Virus record (IMG/VR): IMGVR_UViG_3300037408_000472
Location: 1 to 46,482 of that record
Strand: one strand, 5' to 3'
Source of the DNA: a virus
Taxonomy: Duplodnaviria; Caudoviricetes
Length of the DNA: 46,482 nucleotides
Shown here: piece after piece, positions 9,038 through 17,103 of the stretch
How positions within the stretch are numbered: position 1 is the stretch's first letter
How the letters are laid out: the number at the start of each line of letters is the position of its first letter
Translations under genes and position numbers: made by a program
Notes under the pieces: model-generated
What the model was told of the DNA's origin: nothing
Database searches by the model: none
What the model saw: the letters and a program-made list of their open reading frames with translations, nothing else

Positions 9038-11763
9038 CGCTGCCCTCGGTCACCTTCCCCGTCCCGGTGACGGCCGACGCCCCGCCCGTCGTCGGCGGGT
9101 CGATCACCATTTCCGGCGGGCGCACCGGGACGATCACCGCGATCCTGCCCGACGGGACGCTGCGCATCTCGGTCGGCGGGATCATGTACACCAAGCTGCC
9201 CACGCGCAGCAGTTGCGTGGGGCCGAGCGGCGGGAGCTGCCGCGGGACACCCTCACGCCGGGCGCTCGACCAGGTGGCCAACGCCGTCTCGCCGCTCACG
9301 TTGCGCCTGGCCGCCGGGCGCCGGGCTCGCCTGCTCTACGGGCAAGTCCAGGTCGCCGCCGAGATTGCCGCCGTCGCCACCGCGACCAGCGGCACGCGCT
9401 ACCTGTACCTGCTCTCAGTCTGGGGCCTGGGCGAGATCGACAGCATCGTCTCGGTCTCGGCGGGCGATGCGGCGCTGTCCTCCACCAATGTGGTGAGCTA
9501 CACCGGCACTGTCGATCAGACCGCCGACCCCTGGCTCGCGGCGGCCATCAGCGGCTACGCCGACACCCTGCGCGGCACGGTGCACGGGCGCGCGGTGAGC
9601 CTGGCCTACAGCGTGATCCGCGCCGCGCCCACCGCGAGCAACCCGGCCGACCGCCTGCGCGCGGTGGTCAAAGGCCGCAAGGTCTATGATCCGAGGACGG
9701 ACACCAGCGCCTGGAGTGACAACGCGGCGCTGTGCCTCGCTGATGCGCTCGCCATGGCCGGCGAGACGGTGGACTGGGCGGCGGTGGAGGACGCGGCCGA
9801 TTACTGCGACGAGTCGGTCGCGGGGCAACCGCGCTGGACGCTTAACCTGGCACTGGCCGAGCCGCTCGACGTGCCGACGCTGGTCGAGGGGCTGCGCGGG
9901 TATGCGCACTGCTTTGTGGTACGTGGATCCGGGGGCGTGCGCCTGGTGCCGGATACCACTGCCGCCTCGGTGTGGCACCTGACCGCCGCCGACGTGCTCG
10001 CCGGGACTCTGCGCCTGTCGCGCGCCGGCCGTCGCCAGATCCCGACTGTGGTGCGCGTCGGCTACACCCGCACCGATCAGGACCCCTACGGCACCGGCAC
10101 CGCTGAGGCGCGCCACTCCCAGGTGGACAGCGGGCTACTGCCCTGGCGCGAGAGCAATATCGCGCTCCCTGGCTGCGACTCCCACGCGGAGGCGTACCGC
10201 CACGCGGTCGAGCGGCTCAACGCCTTCTGGCTGCGGGACCTGCGCGCGGATCTCACGGTGTTCGACGGTGGGCTGGAGCTCCAGGCTGGCGACGTGGTGA
10301 GCCTGACCCATCCGATCGGGCTCTCGGCCAAGCTGCTACGGGTGCTGAGCGTGACCGCTGCCGAGCCGGGCCGTTGGGCGCTGACGACGGAGGAGTATGA
10401 CCCCGCGGTCTATAGCGATGCGGTTGCCGAGACACCAACCTATGGCGATACCGAGCTGCCGAGCCCGTTCGAGGTCCCGGCGCCGACCGGCTTGGTGGCG
10501 AGCGAGGAGGTCTACCAGCTTGAGTCCGGGCTCTACGCCTCGCGTCTGCGCCTCGCCTGGTCGGTCGCCGCCTATCCCTACAGCGCGCAGTCGCAAGTGC
10601 GCGTCTACGCTGGTGCAGATCTGGTGTGGAGCCTGCTGACCACCGACACCCAGGCGGTCACCGGCCCGGTGCAGGAGGGCGTCGCCTACTCGGCGCGAGT
10701 GGCCATCGTCGCCGCGATCGGGGTCACCGGGGCGGAGGCGTCCACCAACATCACGGCCCAGGGCAAGGGCCTGATCCCGGGCGACGTGCCGGCCGTCTAC
10801 GGCATCGAGGCGGGCGGCGAGGTCCGCTTGCGCTGGGACCCTGCGGTGGACATCGATATCTGGCGCTACGAGGTGCGCTGGGGGGAGATAACCGACACCT
10901 GGGCCGATGCCACGCTGCTCGACCGGGTGGACAGCCTACGGGTGACGACGCGCGACGTGCCGGCCGGGACCTGGCGGTTTTTCGTCAAGGCGATCGACAG
11001 CGTGGGCCAGTACAGCACCAACGCCGCGGTCAAGGATCTCGTGGTGACGCTCGACACCCGGGCGTTCTTCGTCGATCAGTACAGCCTGGCCTACGACCTG
11101 GCCGAGTCGAGCAACATCTACACCTCGACGCGCCGCGACGGCCGCGTGCGGCGCTGGTCCGAGGTCGGCATCGCCGTCGATACGCTCTGGCCCGACGCGG
11201 CGGACACCTATAAGGACATCGCCGCGGCCTACGATGTGGGCAGCGCGAGCGAGTGGGAATCGTCGGCTGCCGACTTTGGCAGCATCTACACCGGCCAGTG
11301 GCAGTTCGACGCCCGCGCGATCACGGCGCTCGGCAGCTGGGACGCCATCACGATCAACTATGAGCTGAGCTCAGACGGATCAAGCTGGGATACCTATACC
11401 GCCGACGTAATCAAGGCGACGGCGCGCTATGCCCGCGTGCGCGTCGCCGCGGCCAGCGGCAACGCGCTGCTGCAGGCGGGTACGGTCACCGTGCGCCTCG
11501 ATGTGGTGGCGCGCGAGGAGTCCGGCATCATCACCACATCTGCCAGCGCTGCGGCGACCGTGACTCTGTCCTCCGACTACGATTTTACCAAGGCGATCGT
11601 GCTGACCCCGCAGGGCGTTACCTCGCCGCCCACCGCGGGCGCGATCGCGGTGTACGACAATATCGACCTGGTGAGCTCACCCAACACATTCGACATCTAC
11701 CTGTTCAGCACCGCTGGCGCGCAGCTCAGCGGCGATGTGAGCTGGCGCTTTCAAGGAGTGTGA
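9034..11763 (+). CDS. Tail tip / host-specificity protein (gpJ-like) with FN3-like domains
   Basis: ~909 aa; LLYG, GLGEIDSI, VKGRKVYDPRT, WSDNAALC, AADYCDE motifs; FN3-like VRLRWDP...YEVRWG. Confidence 0.88.
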   Translation: MTLPSVTFPVPVTADAPPVVGGSITISGGRTGTITAILPDGTLRISVGGIMYTKLPTRSSCVGPSGGSCRGTPSRRALDQVANAVSPLTLRLAAGRRARLLYGQVQVAAEIAAVATATSGTRYLYLLSVWGLGEIDSIVSVSAGDAALSSTNVVSYTGTVDQTADPWLAAAISGYADTLRGTVHGRAVSLAYSVIRAAPTASNPADRLRAVVKGRKVYDPRTDTSAWSDNAALCLADALAMAGETVDWAAVEDAADYCDESVAGQPRWTLNLALAEPLDVPTLVEGLRGYAHCFVVRGSGGVRLVPDTTAASVWHLTAADVLAGTLRLSRAGRRQIPTVVRVGYTRTDQDPYGTGTAEARHSQVDSGLLPWRESNIALPGCDSHAEAYRHAVERLNAFWLRDLRADLTVFDGGLELQAGDVVSLTHPIGLSAKLLRVLSVTAAEPGRWALTTEEYDPAVYSDAVAETPTYGDTELPSPFEVPAPTGLVASEEVYQLESGLYASRLRLAWSVAAYPYSAQSQVRVYAGADLVWSLLTTDTQAVTGPVQEGVAYSARVAIVAAIGVTGAEASTNITAQGKGLIPGDVPAVYGIEAGGEVRLRWDPAVDIDIWRYEVRWGEITDTWADATLLDRVDSLRVTTRDVPAGTWRFFVKAIDSVGQYSTNAAVKDLVVTLDTRAFFVDQYSLAYDLAESSNIYTSTRRDGRVRRWSEVGIAVDTLWPDAADTYKDIAAAYDVGSASEWESSAADFGSIYTGQWQFDARAITALGSWDAITINYELSSDGSSWDTYTADVIKATARYARVRVAAASGNALLQAGTVTVRLDVVAREESGIITTSASAAATVTLSSDYDFTKAIVLTPQGVTSPPTAGAIAVYDNIDLVSSPNTFDIYLFSTAGAQLSGDVSWRFQGV

Positions 11764-11766
11764 CCC

Positions 11767-12180
11767 ATGGCCTATACCGATTTCGACCCGACCGCGCCGG
11801 ACCCGAGCACCGACTCCCCCGGCACCTGCTTCGACGAGACGCTGGCCAACCTGCTCGCGATGCGCGATGCGGTGATCGCCGGGACCGGCTATTTCGCCGG
11901 CTGGGCGATGGCTGCGTATGACGCCAGCAATAACACGCCGCCTGCGAGCGCCGCCGACGAGCCGGCCTATCTGGTATTCAGCAAAGGCACCGAGCGGGTC
12001 AAGGTGACGATCACCTGGGGCACCTCGGGCGTCACGGACGGCTGGCCGACGCGCCTGGTCACGAGCTATTCAAGCAACAGCGGGACCGACTATGACGTCA
12101 TCAAGGGCGGCTCGACCAACGGCTATTTTGACATCACCTACGATGCGTCGGGCAACGTCACGTCCGCCGCCTGGAGCTGA
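11767..12180 (+). CDS. Putative tail fibre-associated protein
   Basis: GGAG RBS; follows the tail tip gene. Confidence 0.55.
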   Translation: MAYTDFDPTAPDPSTDSPGTCFDETLANLLAMRDAVIAGTGYFAGWAMAAYDASNNTPPASAADEPAYLVFSKGTERVKVTITWGTSGVTDGWPTRLVTSYSSNSGTDYDVIKGGSTNGYFDITYDASGNVTSAAWS

Positions 12181-12183
12181 CCC

Positions 12184-12996
12184 ATGATCCCTGTGCTGCT
12201 CGGCGTACCCGGCAAACTCAAAACCCTGCTCGATCGGCTCACCGCCGCCCGGGCCACCGCGCTCGATCGCCTCGACGGCGCGGTCAGCGATTGCGCGCAG
12301 ATCAGCGACGGCTGGGATGCGGCGCTGGCGGCCAAGCTCGACGCGATGGACATGGTCTCGCAATCCGAGGTAATCACCACCGGCTCTGGCACCTGGACGG
12401 TGCCGGCCGGAGTGTCGCTGGTGTGGGTCTCGATGTGTGGTGGTGGCGGATCGGGCGGGCTGTATGTTAGCGCGACGACAGACGGAGTAGGGGGTGGCGG
12501 AACTGGGGCGGAGACGATTTGGCGTTATCCGCTCACCGTAACGCCGGCAGACTTAATCAGCTACAGCGTTGCAGCCGGAGGGGCGGGGGTTTCCTCAGTC
12601 GGCGCAGGCAACGTTGGAGGGAATAGCACCTTCGGCGCACTGACGGCACTCGGGGGCTTTGGTGGGTCGGCTGGTTTGGCTGCCCTATCCCTCGATGGTC
12701 CAGGCGTAGACAGCGCCTATACCCTGCAAGGCGGTAACTCTGGGACAACATACAACGGGACAGGCGGCAGAGTCGGCATGTTCCCAGGCGGGAACGGCGG
12801 CGGCACGGCGGCTCGTGATTGCGGCGGCGGTGGCTCCAGTGCTTTTGGAGCGGGTGGGGATGGAAGTCCGAGCGCACCAACAGCGGGAGGATATGGGGCT
12901 GGAGGCGGGGGCGTCGCACTCGGCAGCGGGAGCACAACTACAGGCGCCGGGGGGGGTGGCTACATTTTGCTGGAGTGGATCGGAGGGGCGTCCTAA
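12184..12996 (+). CDS. Glycine-rich tail fibre protein
   Basis: TTGSGTWTVPAGVS..VSMCGGGGSG and GAGGGGYILLEW glycine-rich domain. Confidence 0.75.
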   Translation: MIPVLLGVPGKLKTLLDRLTAARATALDRLDGAVSDCAQISDGWDAALAAKLDAMDMVSQSEVITTGSGTWTVPAGVSLVWVSMCGGGGSGGLYVSATTDGVGGGGTGAETIWRYPLTVTPADLISYSVAAGGAGVSSVGAGNVGGNSTFGALTALGGFGGSAGLAALSLDGPGVDSAYTLQGGNSGTTYNGTGGRVGMFPGGNGGGTAARDCGGGGSSAFGAGGDGSPSAPTAGGYGAGGGGVALGSGSTTTGAGGGGYILLEWIGGAS

Positions 12997-13397
12997 TGGC
13001 TCGCATCGCACTGCTCAACGCCGAGGGCGTTTGCATCAATGTCATCCTCGCCGATCTCGGCAGCGTGCCGGGCGGCGTAGACGTGACGGCAGGCGAAGTC
13101 GGCCCCGGCTGGACCTACGACGGCACCACATGGACCCCGCCGGGCCTGCCGCCCTTCGACCGCTCAGTCATGGTCACCCCGGCTGAGCTGATGCGCCGGC
13201 TCACGCTGCAGGAGCGCCAGGCGATCCGCGCCGCCGCCGCCACTAGGCCGATCGTGGCGGACTGGCTGGACCTAGTGCGGATGCAACCGCTGTGGCGGCT
13301 CGACGATGATTACATCGAGTGGGGCCTCACCGGCGCCGTGCAGGCTGGGTTGCTGACCGCCGCGCGCGCCAAAGCGATCCTCGGAATCGAGGACTAG
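12996..13397 (+). CDS. Tail fibre assembly-like protein
   Basis: TAATG overlap; VGPGWTYDGTTWTPP and GLLTAARAKAIL motifs; last late gene. Confidence 0.6.
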   Translation: MARIALLNAEGVCINVILADLGSVPGGVDVTAGEVGPGWTYDGTTWTPPGLPPFDRSVMVTPAELMRRLTLQERQAIRAAAATRPIVADWLDLVRMQPLWRLDDDYIEWGLTGAVQAGLLTAARAKAILGIED

Positions 13398-13600
13398 GGC
13401 TGTCCAAAACCCCGCGCGCGCGGCGCGGGGGATCAAGGGCTTATCTGCGCGTAACCGTGCGCGCGTCCAATACCCTGCCGAGCCGGAGGCGCTGGCGGAT
13501 CAACCGCTTAGGCCAGATTTCCCCGCTGCTGCTGCAGTAGCGGCGAGTGCTGCTCGGTCAACAGATTAGCCGCCGCAGGATTTGGACTGTCCAATACCAG
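13398..13600. other. Putative attP with IHF sites and integrase arm-type repeats
   Basis: Non-coding gap between convergent operons; three near-consensus WATCAANNNNTTR sites (13431, 13498, 13556); GTCCAAWAC repeats (13402, 13465, 13589) and an inverted TTGGAC (13582). Confidence 0.55.
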
Positions 13601-13607
13601 CGGCGCG

Positions 13608-13817
13608 CTACGGGAAACTGGCGCCGCGCTGGCCCTGCTCGAGCCAGGCGACGATCACCGCCGTGCGGGTCATCCCGCAGCGCTCGGCAGCGGCGTCGAC
13701 GTGGCGCGCCAGCTCAGGCGGAAGGCGGAGCGTCACCGTCACCCGGCGTTCGGCGGCCGGGCGGGGTTTGCGCCCGGCGTTGGGGCGGTGGCCGCCGCGC
13801 TGGTGCTCAGTCTTCAT
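13608..13817 (-). CDS. Ribbon-helix-helix (CopG/Arc-like) DNA-binding protein
   Basis: RGGHRPNAGRKP...VTVTLRLPPELARHVDAAAERCGMTRTAVI. Confidence 0.7.
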   Translation of the reverse strand: MKTEHQRGGHRPNAGRKPRPAAERRVTVTLRLPPELARHVDAAAERCGMTRTAVIVAWLEQGQRGASFP

Positions 13818-14001
13818 AGCGGCCAAACCGCATGCAGCCACGCTTGCCGGGCTCGTCGCTGATGTCGGCCTTCGCCGCTTCAGCGCGCGTGCTGTAGTAG
13901 TACCTGCGCAGGTTGGTCGGCGTGTACATGCCAAACCACACGTTGACGCCCCAGGTGCCATCGGGCTCTTTCCGCAGGTTTTTTTTCGGGTTCATCATCA
14001 T
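13807..14001 (-). CDS. Hypothetical protein (64 aa)
   Basis: AGGAG RBS; overlaps the next gene. Confidence 0.6.
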   Translation of the reverse strand: MMMNPKKNLRKEPDGTWGVNVWFGMYTPTNLRRYYYSTRAEAAKADISDEPGKRGCMRFGRYED

Positions 14002-14037
14002 CTCCTGGGTTGTGCGCCGTCCTTGGTGATGGGTGGG

Positions 14038-14289
14038 TTACGACAAGATCGGGAGGTGGGCTTCTGCACGGACCTCAGCCAGCGCCTCGCCGTCGCCTTC
14101 GGCGGCGTCATACAGTCGCGTCCACGGATAGGTCCGGTTGCTGAGCCAGTCGATAACGTCGGCGTCTGGGTCACCCTGTTCGGCGGCGAGCGCAGAAGCG
14201 AGCTCAGCGACGTTTAGCGCATCTTCGATGGTCGCCTCGGTGCCAAGGCGCTCCATCACATAGGTCAGTTCGTGGCGGGTGATTTTCAT
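14038..14289 (-). CDS. Hypothetical protein (83 aa; alternative duplicated start at 14388)
   Basis: AGGAG RBS; start region duplicated in frame. Confidence 0.6.
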   Translation of the reverse strand: MKITRHELTYVMERLGTEATIEDALNVAELASALAAEQGDPDADVIDWLSNRTYPWTRLYDAAEGDGEALAEVRAEAHLPILS

Positions 14290-14450
14290 CGTCGTCTCCT
14301 GGTGGGCGCCGTCCTTGGCGCGGGGTTGGGTTAAGACCAGTAGCAGACGCTCCATCACATAGGTCAGTTCGTGGCGGGTGATTTTCATCGTCGTCTCCTG
14401 GTGGGCGCCGTCCTTGGCGCGGGGTTGGGTTAAGACCAGTAGCAGACGCT
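14249..14450. repeat. Tandem duplication, 99-bp period
   Basis: 14249-14351 equals 14348-14450; 4-bp cgct microhomology at the junction. Confidence 0.92.
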
Positions 14451-14654
14451 GATCTGCTTCCGCCTGCGACGGAGCGTTAGCTCCTCGGCGGCGCCGGCCG
14501 CGCGCCAGCGCAGCATCTGGGACTCCAAGGCGGCGCCGGTCTGCGGCCCACGGGCGGCGTCAGCCTGCACCCAACGGCGCAGCTCGACGTCGGACGTGCC
14601 GGAGAACATCTCCCCGCCATTCTCGTGCCCGAAGAATTTGGACTGGATGGACAT
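14430..14654 (-). CDS. Hypothetical protein (74 aa)
   Basis: GAGGAG RBS; first gene after a putative promoter. Confidence 0.6.
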   Translation of the reverse strand: MSIQSKFFGHENGGEMFSGTSDVELRRWVQADAARGPQTGAALESQMLRWRAAGAAEELTLRRRRKQISVCYWS

Positions 14655-14697
14655 GGCTTGCTCCTCGCGGGCAGGTAGGTATGCTCTCTTGATTATT

Positions 14698-14725
14698 AGT
14701 TTACACCATACCCGTTAGAGTGCAA
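14698..14725 (-). promoter_or_regulatory. Putative sigma70 promoter for the 14654-13608 cassette
   Basis: AT-rich gap; TTGCAC-16 nt-TAAACT on the minus strand. Confidence 0.45.
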
Positions 14726-14733
14726 GACAAAAT

Positions 14734-15717
14734 TCAAACTTTCGTTTCCACGATGCGAAGCGCCGGGCCCTCGACCACATCGCGCTCGCGCCCGCGCAGA
14801 TACCGCACCGTCGTCGCCTCGGTGGCGTGCCCGGCGAGCGCTTGGGCGTCGTGGCCCTGGCGCTTGGCGTCGGTGAGGGCCTTGGCGCGCAGATCATGCA
14901 GGCGGGCGTCGGTGACGCCGGCTCGCTCGCAGGCGCGGTCCCAGAGGTCGCGCACGCCGTAGTAGCTACGCGGCCGGCCGTTGCGTTGGGCGAGCAGCCA
15001 CAGGCGCCGATGGTCGCCGTGCAGGGCGCGGGCGGACTCCACCGCGGCGCGCAGGTCCGCCGACCAGGCGATCAGCAACCGCTTGCCGGTCTTGCGCTGA
15101 TCCACCTCGATCCCCTCGGCCGTCACCTGATCCTCGCGCAGCGCGAGCACGTCGCCGATGCGCTGTCCGGTGAGGTAGGCGAGATCCATGATCGCGCGCA
15201 GCGGTGCGCCGGCCGCCTGCCAGATGGCGCGGTACTCGTCGTCGGTGAGGTAGCGCGTGCGCTTGGCGGCCGGGGCCGGGCGGATCGGTGTGACGGGGTT
15301 GGCGTCCACCAGGCCCGAGCGCACGGCGCGGTCATAGGCGAGCTTGAGCACGGTCCTGATGTGGTTGGCGGTGCTCGGGTGCCCGGCATAGTGGTCGAGC
15401 ACCTGGGCGACGTGGCGCGGGCGGACCTCCTCGGGCGCAAACTCGACCAAGGCGGCTTTGATCACCTCGGCCGCGCGGCGGTAGGCGGCGAGCGTGCCGG
15501 GTGTCACCCGCTGGGCGGCGTCGGCGACGGTGGCGTCGAGGAGTTGCGGCAGCGTGGTCGCTGGTCCGGCTTGGACCCCGCGGGCGTAGGCAGCAAGGGC
15601 TGAGGGCAGATCGGAGCCTAAGCGCGTCCAGACCCCGCGGCGGACCAGGTAGTACGCCCCGTGGCGGAAGTAGACGCAGGGCGGGAGGTGCTTATCGCGC
15701 TGGCGGGGGCGGGGCAT
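14734..15717 (-). CDS. int: Tyrosine integrase
   Basis: LAYLTGQRIGDVL, QRKTGK, LHDLRAKA and LAGH...TVRYLR give the R-K-HxxR-H-Y catalytic set. Confidence 0.95.
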   Translation of the reverse strand: MPRPRQRDKHLPPCVYFRHGAYYLVRRGVWTRLGSDLPSALAAYARGVQAGPATTLPQLLDATVADAAQRVTPGTLAAYRRAAEVIKAALVEFAPEEVRPRHVAQVLDHYAGHPSTANHIRTVLKLAYDRAVRSGLVDANPVTPIRPAPAAKRTRYLTDDEYRAIWQAAGAPLRAIMDLAYLTGQRIGDVLALREDQVTAEGIEVDQRKTGKRLLIAWSADLRAAVESARALHGDHRRLWLLAQRNGRPRSYYGVRDLWDRACERAGVTDARLHDLRAKALTDAKRQGHDAQALAGHATEATTVRYLRGRERDVVEGPALRIVETKV

Positions 15718-15726
15718 TAGCGCGAA

Positions 15727-15966
15727 TCAATCGTCGTATCGTTCCCAAACACCAGCCCAGAATTCGCGCATCGTCTCTCGCGACAAGTGAGGACATACGA
15801 TGTTTGCGCGGCGCAGGTCCCGCGCGGCTCGGTCTGCCCATTCCTTGGCCGTCTCCGGGAGCACTTCAAAGTGCTCACCGATTTCGGCCCATGATTTTCC
15901 GAGCAATCGAAGTTCTAGGGCTTCATCGCACTTCGACGGCGTCCACTTACGCGAAGCTGGTCGCAT
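15727..15966 (-). CDS. Small HTH-like hypothetical protein
   Basis: ALELRLLGKSWAEIGEHFEV helix-turn-helix pattern; lower GC than flanks. Confidence 0.55.
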   Translation of the reverse strand: MRPASRKWTPSKCDEALELRLLGKSWAEIGEHFEVLPETAKEWADRAARDLRRANIVCPHLSRETMREFWAGVWERYDD

Positions 15967-15982
15967 ACGTTACTGCCTCATT

Positions 15983-16186
15983 TCACGCCGGCAACCTTAC
16001 CCGCGGCGCACGGTCCCGCGAGCTTACACCCGCGAGCCGTGCCTCCGCGACGGCCCGGAGCACCACGGGGCGCCCGTCGGCGTCGCGCTCGTGGGGCCAG
16101 CCGCGCGCGGACAGCCAGCGGGCCTGAGCGCTCGGGCGCTGGCGGCCGGTAAGGGCGGTGAGCTCGCTAGGGGTGAGGGTCAGCAT
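15983..16186 (-). CDS. Excisionase-like protein (DUF4224-like)
   Basis: LTPSELTALTGRQRPSAQARWL...DGRPVVLR; upstream of the integrase. Confidence 0.75.
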   Translation of the reverse strand: MLTLTPSELTALTGRQRPSAQARWLSARGWPHERDADGRPVVLRAVAEARLAGVSSRDRAPRVRLPA

Positions 16187-16430
16187 CGGCGGCGATCCAC
16201 ACCCACTCGTCGCCGTCGCACACCAGGCGCCCATGCTGCAGGTCCACGGTGCGCCCCTGGCGCAAGTCGCGCCCAATGAGGTAGATCAGCTCGTCCACGA
16301 CCAGGGCGATCAGCTCGACCGGCACCCAATCGCCGACGATGGGCGTCAGGCGCTCGGTCCAGTCGCGCACCGCCGGGTGGGCCGGCTCAGCCTCGTTGGG
16401 CTGCAGGTAGAGGGCGGGCGGCTCGCTCAT
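16167..16430 (-). CDS. Hypothetical protein
   Basis: MSEPPALYLQ start coupled to the upstream stop. Confidence 0.5.
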   Translation of the reverse strand: MSEPPALYLQPNEAEPAHPAVRDWTERLTPIVGDWVPVELIALVVDELIYLIGRDLRQGRTVDLQHGRLVCDGDEWVWIAADADPHP

Positions 16431-16555
16431 AGCCAGGCCACCAGCCAGCCGAGACCAAAGCCGGCGGCAAAGACGCCACCCAGCACGGCGAGCGTGGCAA
16501 ACATCAGGCTCGGGCACTCGCGGTCCATGTCGGTCATGAGGTCGGGATCGATCAT
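16427..16555 (-). CDS. Small membrane peptide (42 aa)
   Basis: GGAGG RBS; MIDPDL...LMFATLAVLGGVFAAGFGLGWLVAWL; not in the ORF track. Confidence 0.5.
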   Translation of the reverse strand: MIDPDLMTDMDRECPSLMFATLAVLGGVFAAGFGLGWLVAWL

Positions 16556-16603
16556 CGTGCAATCCTCCGATGCGCCCGGGTGGCCCGGGCGCGGGTCATG
16601 TGG

Positions 16604-16945
16604 TCAATCGGCTCGGCTCATGGGCACATAGGTGCCCTCGTCGTCCTGCACCCAGGCGTGGTCGGCGCCGAAGATGGCGAGCGGGGTGGCGAAGCCGGCG
16701 AGATAGGACGCATCCGGCAGCGCCCAGAACCGCGGGTTTGCTGCTGTGTTCGATCCCATCGGGTAGCAGCGCCAGGTCTTGCGGTCTACCGGGTACACAT
16801 AGCCGCCGAGGAAGCACACCTCTGGGTTGGGGCCGACGACCGCGAATACCGATCCGTAAGGCACGGCTGGGCTGACGAATTCCGCCGCGGGGGCGGTGGC
16901 CGCTGAAGCGGCAATGGCGATGGCAAGGGGTAGTGTCTTCAACAT
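16604..16945 (-). CDS. Putative exported protein
   Basis: GAGGA RBS; signal-peptide-like MLKTLPLAIAIAASAATAPAA. Confidence 0.6.
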   Translation of the reverse strand: MLKTLPLAIAIAASAATAPAAEFVSPAVPYGSVFAVVGPNPEVCFLGGYVYPVDRKTWRCYPMGSNTAANPRFWALPDASYLAGFATPLAIFGADHAWVQDDEGTYVPMSRAD

Positions 16946-17103
16946 GGTCTATTCCTCATTAGGAGTGGATGGGATGCCGGGTCACGGGTGCAGGAGAATC
17001 GGGGTCGACACCCGCCCCGGCTGCCGGTGTTGTGACACCGCCGGCTGGTCATCGCCGCTATCCGCCGAGATCGCTGGCGGGCCCGGGCGACTGGGGTGGA
17101 TGG

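Noticed and set aside
16572-16592. Perfect hairpin GCGCCCGGG-TGG-CCCGGGCGC as an intrinsic terminator
   Set aside because: No U-tract on either strand; function cannot be assigned
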